Source of the DNA: an uncultured delta proteobacterium
GTDB taxonomy: Bacteria > Myxococcota_A > Polyangia > Polyangiales > Polyangiaceae
NCBI GenBank assembly: GCA_963841435.1
Contig: CAWJCS010000003.1
Location: 352,001 to 416,000 of the forward strand
Direction of reading: 5' to 3'
Length of the DNA stretch: 64,000 bases
Shown here: positions 60,045-64,000 of the stretch, piece by piece
Layout: every line of letters begins with the position of its first letter
Position numbering within the stretch: the stretch's first letter is position 1
The notes under the pieces: generated by a model
What the model was told of the DNA's origin: nothing
Database searches by the model: none
The model's input: only the letters and a program-made list of their open reading frames with translations
Program-made: the position numbers and the translations under genes

Positions 60045-60449
60045 ATGCCCACCGAGACGCTGTTCGAGAACGAGCACCTCACGGTGACGGCGCTCGACGA
60101 GCCCATCGTGCTGATGGTTCGAAAGCCGACTCGCGTCGAAGCGAATGGGCTCGATGCCATCTGGGGGGCCGCCGATCGCGCTCTCGCGAGAGTCAACCGC
60201 GGGCAGTACTGCCTGGTCGTGGACGTGACAGCCGCGGCCGGACGCAACGAAGAGGACTTCGAGAAGGCGTTCGCACCCTACCGACAGCGCCTCTCCACCG
60301 GTTGGCTCGAGATGGCGCTCGTCGTCGCGTCGGTCCCCGGCAAGCTGCAGGTTCAAAGGTACGCGCGCCAGGACCGCGCCCGGGTGAGCACCTTCGACGA
60401 CCGGGAAGCGGCGCTCGCCTGGGTCCGCAAGGCGCTTTTGCGCCGCTAA
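60045..60449 (+). CDS. Hypothetical protein, STAS/SpoIIAA-like fold likely
   Basis: LVVDV...GRNEEDFE...MALVV...TFDDREAALAWV pattern. Confidence 0.55.
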   Translation: MPTETLFENEHLTVTALDEPIVLMVRKPTRVEANGLDAIWGAADRALARVNRGQYCLVVDVTAAAGRNEEDFEKAFAPYRQRLSTGWLEMALVVASVPGKLQVQRYARQDRARVSTFDDREAALAWVRKALLRR

Positions 60450-60516
60450 CTCGCGTCGGCGACCCCCGCCACCTGGCGTGCCCATCCCTTCGCGACTATC
60501 GGGACGGATGGATTCC

Positions 60517-62508
60517 ATGGCGAGCTTCCCTGCGGACGCCGAGGTGCTTCGCGCCACCGAAGTGTGGCTCGAGCGCGCAGTGATCGGCCTGTCGCTCTGC
60601 CCATTCGCGAAGAGCGTCCACGTGAAGGGCCAGATCCGCTATGTGGTGAGCCCGGCAGAGAGCCCTGCCGTGCTGCTCTCGGACCTCTCTCGAGAGCTCA
60701 CGGAGCTCGCGGCCGCGGACCCGGAAGCGGTCGATACGGTGCTGCTCATTTTCCCGCGAGTGCTCGGGGAGTTTCTCGACTACAACGACTTTCTGAGGCT
60801 CGCGAACGAGGAGCTCGAGCGGCAGGGGCTGTCAGGCACGCTTCAGATTGCGAGCTTTCACCCGAATTACGAGTTCGGCGAGCACGAGCCGGGCGACGCG
60901 GCACAGCTCAGCAATCGCTCGCCCTACCCGATGTTGCATTTGCTGCGTGAAGCCAGCGTCACGCGCGCGGTCGCCGCATTCCCGGACGCAGCGCAGATCT
61001 TCGAAAAGAACACCGCCACCCTGCGCGCCCTCGGTCACGAGGGCTTTCGACGCGTCCTCGCCGGAGAGGCGACGCCGTCCGACGGCGCGAGCGACCTGTC
61101 CCACCGCAACGACTTTTGCGCACTCTTGCCGGGGTCAACCGGGCTCGCCGTGCTGACGGAGCTCGGCTTCGAGACGCCGACGAGAGTGCAGGCCGAGAGC
61201 ATTCCGGTGCTGCTTTCCGGGGGCGATCTCGTCGGCCAGTCGCAGACCGGCAGCGGGAAGACGGCCGCGTTTTCGCTACCGCTGCTCGAACGGTTGGACC
61301 TTGCACGCCGAGAGCTGCAGGGTTTGGTGCTCTGCCCCACGCGGGAGCTCAGTGCCCAGGTGGCACGCGAGCTCAGAAAGCTCGGTCGCGGGCGCGCGGG
61401 GCTCTCGGTCGCCGTCCTCTCCGGTGGCGAGCCGGTCCGCGATCAGACGCGCGTGCTCGAAGGCGGCGTGCACCTTGCCGTCGGCACGCCCGGTCGCGTC
61501 ATCGACCATTTGAAGCGCCGCACTCTGCGCGTCCATCGCGTGGGCACCATCGTGCTCGATGAGGCCGATCGCATGCTCGACATGGGCTTTCTGCCGGACA
61601 TCGAGAAGGTGCTGAGGGCGCTCCCCGAGCCGCGCCAGACCGTCTTCTTCTCCGCCACGTTTCCCGCCTCGATTCGCGAGCTCTCCGCCAAGTACCAGAA
61701 GGAGCCGAAGTGGGTGACGATCGAGCAGGCGCCGCAGACGGCGCCGGACATTCGCCAGCTCGTCGTGCAGAGCGAGCCGAGCGCCAAGCTTGCCGTGCTC
61801 GGTAGTGTCCTTTCGAGCCACCCGCACGACTCCGCCCTCGTGTTCGCCAACCAGAAGCTCACCGTCGCCATGATCGAGGAGGAGCTTCGCACCCGAGGCC
61901 TCAGCGTGGCGGCCCTCCACGGCGACCTCGAGCAACGCGACCGTGATCGCGTGATGGCAAAATTCCGAAACGGCAGCACCCGCGTGCTCGTGGCAACCGA
62001 CGTGGCTGCGCGTGGCATCGACCTCGACCACCTCGACCTGGTCGTCAATTTCGACCTCCCGAGCCAACCCGAGATCTACGTGCATCGCATCGGGCGCACG
62101 GGGCGCGCCGGAAAATCCGGCGTCGCGGTGTCGATCCTCACTCCCGTGGACGCGCCCAGGCTCGAAGCAATACAAGACTTCACGGGTGTTCGACTGGAGC
62201 TCGTGGGCGGCGAGCGAGGCTCGGTGGCGCGCGGCGCAGGGAAAGAGACGGGGGCCGGAGCACGACAGCCGACGATGGCCACGCTCCGCATCTCGGGCGG
62301 CCGCAAGGACAAGCTACGCCCCGGCGATATCCTGGGCGCCATCACGGGCGAGGCCGGCGGCCTGAAGGGCGAGCAGATCGGCAAGATCGAGATCCACGAC
62401 CGGTTTTCGTTCGTTGCGCTCGAACGGGGCGTGAGCGAGAAGGCGCTCACGAGCCTGCGCGAAGGACGCATCAAGGGCCGTCGCTTTCGCGTCGAGCGCG
62501 TCGAGTAG
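60517..62508 (+). CDS. dbpA: DUF1415 domain fused to DbpA-type DEAD-box RNA helicase
   Basis: WLERAVIGLSLCPFA, QIASFHP and NRSPYPMLHLLRE motifs, then TGSGKT, PTREL, DEAD, SAT, HRIGRTGR and GGRKDKLRPGDILGA. Confidence 0.85.
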   Translation: MASFPADAEVLRATEVWLERAVIGLSLCPFAKSVHVKGQIRYVVSPAESPAVLLSDLSRELTELAAADPEAVDTVLLIFPRVLGEFLDYNDFLRLANEELERQGLSGTLQIASFHPNYEFGEHEPGDAAQLSNRSPYPMLHLLREASVTRAVAAFPDAAQIFEKNTATLRALGHEGFRRVLAGEATPSDGASDLSHRNDFCALLPGSTGLAVLTELGFETPTRVQAESIPVLLSGGDLVGQSQTGSGKTAAFSLPLLERLDLARRELQGLVLCPTRELSAQVARELRKLGRGRAGLSVAVLSGGEPVRDQTRVLEGGVHLAVGTPGRVIDHLKRRTLRVHRVGTIVLDEADRMLDMGFLPDIEKVLRALPEPRQTVFFSATFPASIRELSAKYQKEPKWVTIEQAPQTAPDIRQLVVQSEPSAKLAVLGSVLSSHPHDSALVFANQKLTVAMIEEELRTRGLSVAALHGDLEQRDRDRVMAKFRNGSTRVLVATDVAARGIDLDHLDLVVNFDLPSQPEIYVHRIGRTGRAGKSGVAVSILTPVDAPRLEAIQDFTGVRLELVGGERGSVARGAGKETGAGARQPTMATLRISGGRKDKLRPGDILGAITGEAGGLKGEQIGKIEIHDRFSFVALERGVSEKALTSLREGRIKGRRFRVERVE

Positions 62509-62528
62509 GACGCGCTCGACCCTTTCGC

Positions 62529-63455
62529 TCAGTCCGCCGGGAGGCCGGCGACGATGGCTTCCGAGGTGTCCCAGAGCTTTCGCGCAAGCGCCTCGTCGTT
62601 GGCGTCGGCACGCGGACGGGCCACGTTGCAGTTTGCCAGGTACTCGCCCGAAACTCCCGCGAGCGAGGGGCTGCTTGCGGCGAAAACCTCGGTCGCGGCG
62701 CCCTGTTCCACGCTCTTCAGCGCCACCGGGCCAAAGACCGCCAACGAGAACGAAATCGCGGCATTCATGTGCCGCTGGAGATTGGTGCGAATCACGCCCG
62801 GATGCACGGCGTTGGCCGTCCTTTCGCTGCCGCGAAAGCGCCGCGCGAGCTGCTTGGCGAAGAGGAGGTTGGCTAGCTTCGACTGCCCGTAGGCGGTCCA
62901 GGGCCTGTACCCCCGCTTGCCGTCCAGGTTGTCGAACTCGATGCCGACCTTCGGCGCCTGAGCGTGCGCGCTGCTGCTGAGCATGACGATGCGACCACTC
63001 TCGGTGAGCTCCGAGAGCAGACCCGTTACCAGCATGAAGTGGCCGATGTGATTGGTGAAGAAATGCATTTCGTAGCCATGGGCCTGGCGTAGCTCCGGAA
63101 GCGCCATGACTCCGGCGTTGCCGATCACGGCGTCCAGGCGGACCCCGGCGTCCTTCACCGCTCTGACGCAGGCACGCACGCTCTTCGGGTTCGAAAGCTC
63201 GCAGGCGAGCGGCACGGTCTGCCCGCCGGCGGCCAGGCAGGCGGCCTGCGCCTTCTCGAGCGTTCGTGCCGTACCGATGACGCGCGCGCCCCGGAGCGAG
63301 AGCACCCGCATGGCCTCGAACCCGATCCCGGAGCTCGCGCCCGTGACGAGCACGACCTTGCCACCGAGCGCCAGCCCTTCGGTCACTTCTTCGGCGGTCG
63401 AGCCATAGCCGAAGCCGCTCGGGCCCTTCGCTGCCAGCCGTGCATAGAGCGACAT
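62529..63455 (-). CDS. SDR oxidoreductase (retinol-dehydrogenase-like)
   Basis: TGASSGIG, NAGVM, YGQSK and VHPGVI motifs. Confidence 0.92.
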   Translation of the reverse strand: MSLYARLAAKGPSGFGYGSTAEEVTEGLALGGKVVLVTGASSGIGFEAMRVLSLRGARVIGTARTLEKAQAACLAAGGQTVPLACELSNPKSVRACVRAVKDAGVRLDAVIGNAGVMALPELRQAHGYEMHFFTNHIGHFMLVTGLLSELTESGRIVMLSSSAHAQAPKVGIEFDNLDGKRGYRPWTAYGQSKLANLLFAKQLARRFRGSERTANAVHPGVIRTNLQRHMNAAISFSLAVFGPVALKSVEQGAATEVFAASSPSLAGVSGEYLANCNVARPRADANDEALARKLWDTSEAIVAGLPAD

Positions 63456-63479
63456 GGACCCTCCATAGGGTCCATGTCG
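63450..63479. promoter_or_regulatory. Perfect 13-bp inverted repeat covering the SDR RBS and start codon
   Basis: CGACATGGACCCT-ccat-AGGGTCCATGTCG. Confidence 0.7.
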
Positions 63480-63656
63480 AAGACTGCCACCGGCAAGCAC
63501 CCGACAGGGTCGATTGGTGCGCGAACCCACTTGTCTGCCGGTCCGATTGCCGTCGAGGCTCGACGTTCGGTGCCCCCGTCCTCATCCCAGGTCCGTGACA
63601 AACCGCTTCGGCCGCTGGGCTCGGCAGACGAGCTCGGGCCGAGTCGCGGGCCGCGT

Positions 63657-64000
63657 TCAGGACTTCGCGGCGGCGGCCGACGGCCCGAGCAACCCCTGCT
63701 CGACGATGAAGTCGACCACCGATTTTAGGCCGTCACCCGACTTCAGGTTCGTGAAGACGAAGGGGCGGTCGCCGCGCATCTTGAGTGCGTCGCGGCGCAT
63801 CACGTCGAGCGAGGCGCCGACGTATGGCGCGAGGTCCGTCTTGTTGATGATGAGAAGATCACTCTTCGTGATACCAGGGCCGCCCTTGCGCGGGATCTTG
63901 TCGCCGGCCGAGACATCGATGACGTATAATGTGAGATCGGAGAGCTCGGGGCTGAACGTCGCGGCGAGGTTGTCGCCGCCGCTTTCGATGATGACGAGGT
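63657..64000 (-). CDS. ureG: Urease accessory GTPase, 3' part (5' end outside window)
   Basis: Manual translation: [17 protein letters not shown]...[32 protein letters not shown]. Confidence 0.95.
   Translation of the reverse strand, partial: LVIIESGGDNLAATFSPELSDLTLYVIDVSAGDKIPRKGGPGITKSDLLIINKTDLAPYVGASLDVMRRDALKMRGDRPFVFTNLKSGDGLKSVVDFIVEQGLLGPSAAAAKS

Overview
This is a high-GC bacterial window, most consistent with a myxobacterium (Polyangiaceae-like). The basis is many lipoproteins with Gly-rich linkers, an AgmX-like domain, EGF-repeat proteins and a Ser/Thr-kinase remnant. Left part (1-26.9 kb): TolC + MlaC-like pair, GH88/105 lipoprotein, RsbU-like phosphatase + STAS, FG-GAP lipoprotein, CBM9-like lipoprotein, ABC transporter + DUF1854-like pair, a 13-EGF-module lipoprotein, a (GGAGF/D)18 protein, MBOAT + two SGNH proteins, and an ECF42-type sigma/DGPF operon with a matching promoter. 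Right part (37-64 kb): HEAT-containing transporter, histidine kinase, a truncated RND fragment, a sigma54 activator, and a nitrogen-scavenging cluster (porin, TrtA-like and BiuH-like hydrolases, BMP ABC system, urtABCDE, ureG), plus a DUF1415-DbpA fusion. The most striking feature is 26.9-36.6 kb on the minus strand. A large secreted-protein gene is followed by an array of repeated modules, each made of a copy of the 3' end of the large gene plus a variant Gly-linker lipoprotein ending in a 12-Cys domain. The modules are mosaic, progressively decayed, and interrupted by a Phd-VapC toxin-antitoxin pair. This looks like a recombination-cassette system that diversifies a small Cys-rich surface lipoprotein; the function is inferred, not shown. 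All family calls are from motif recognition by eye, with no database searches.
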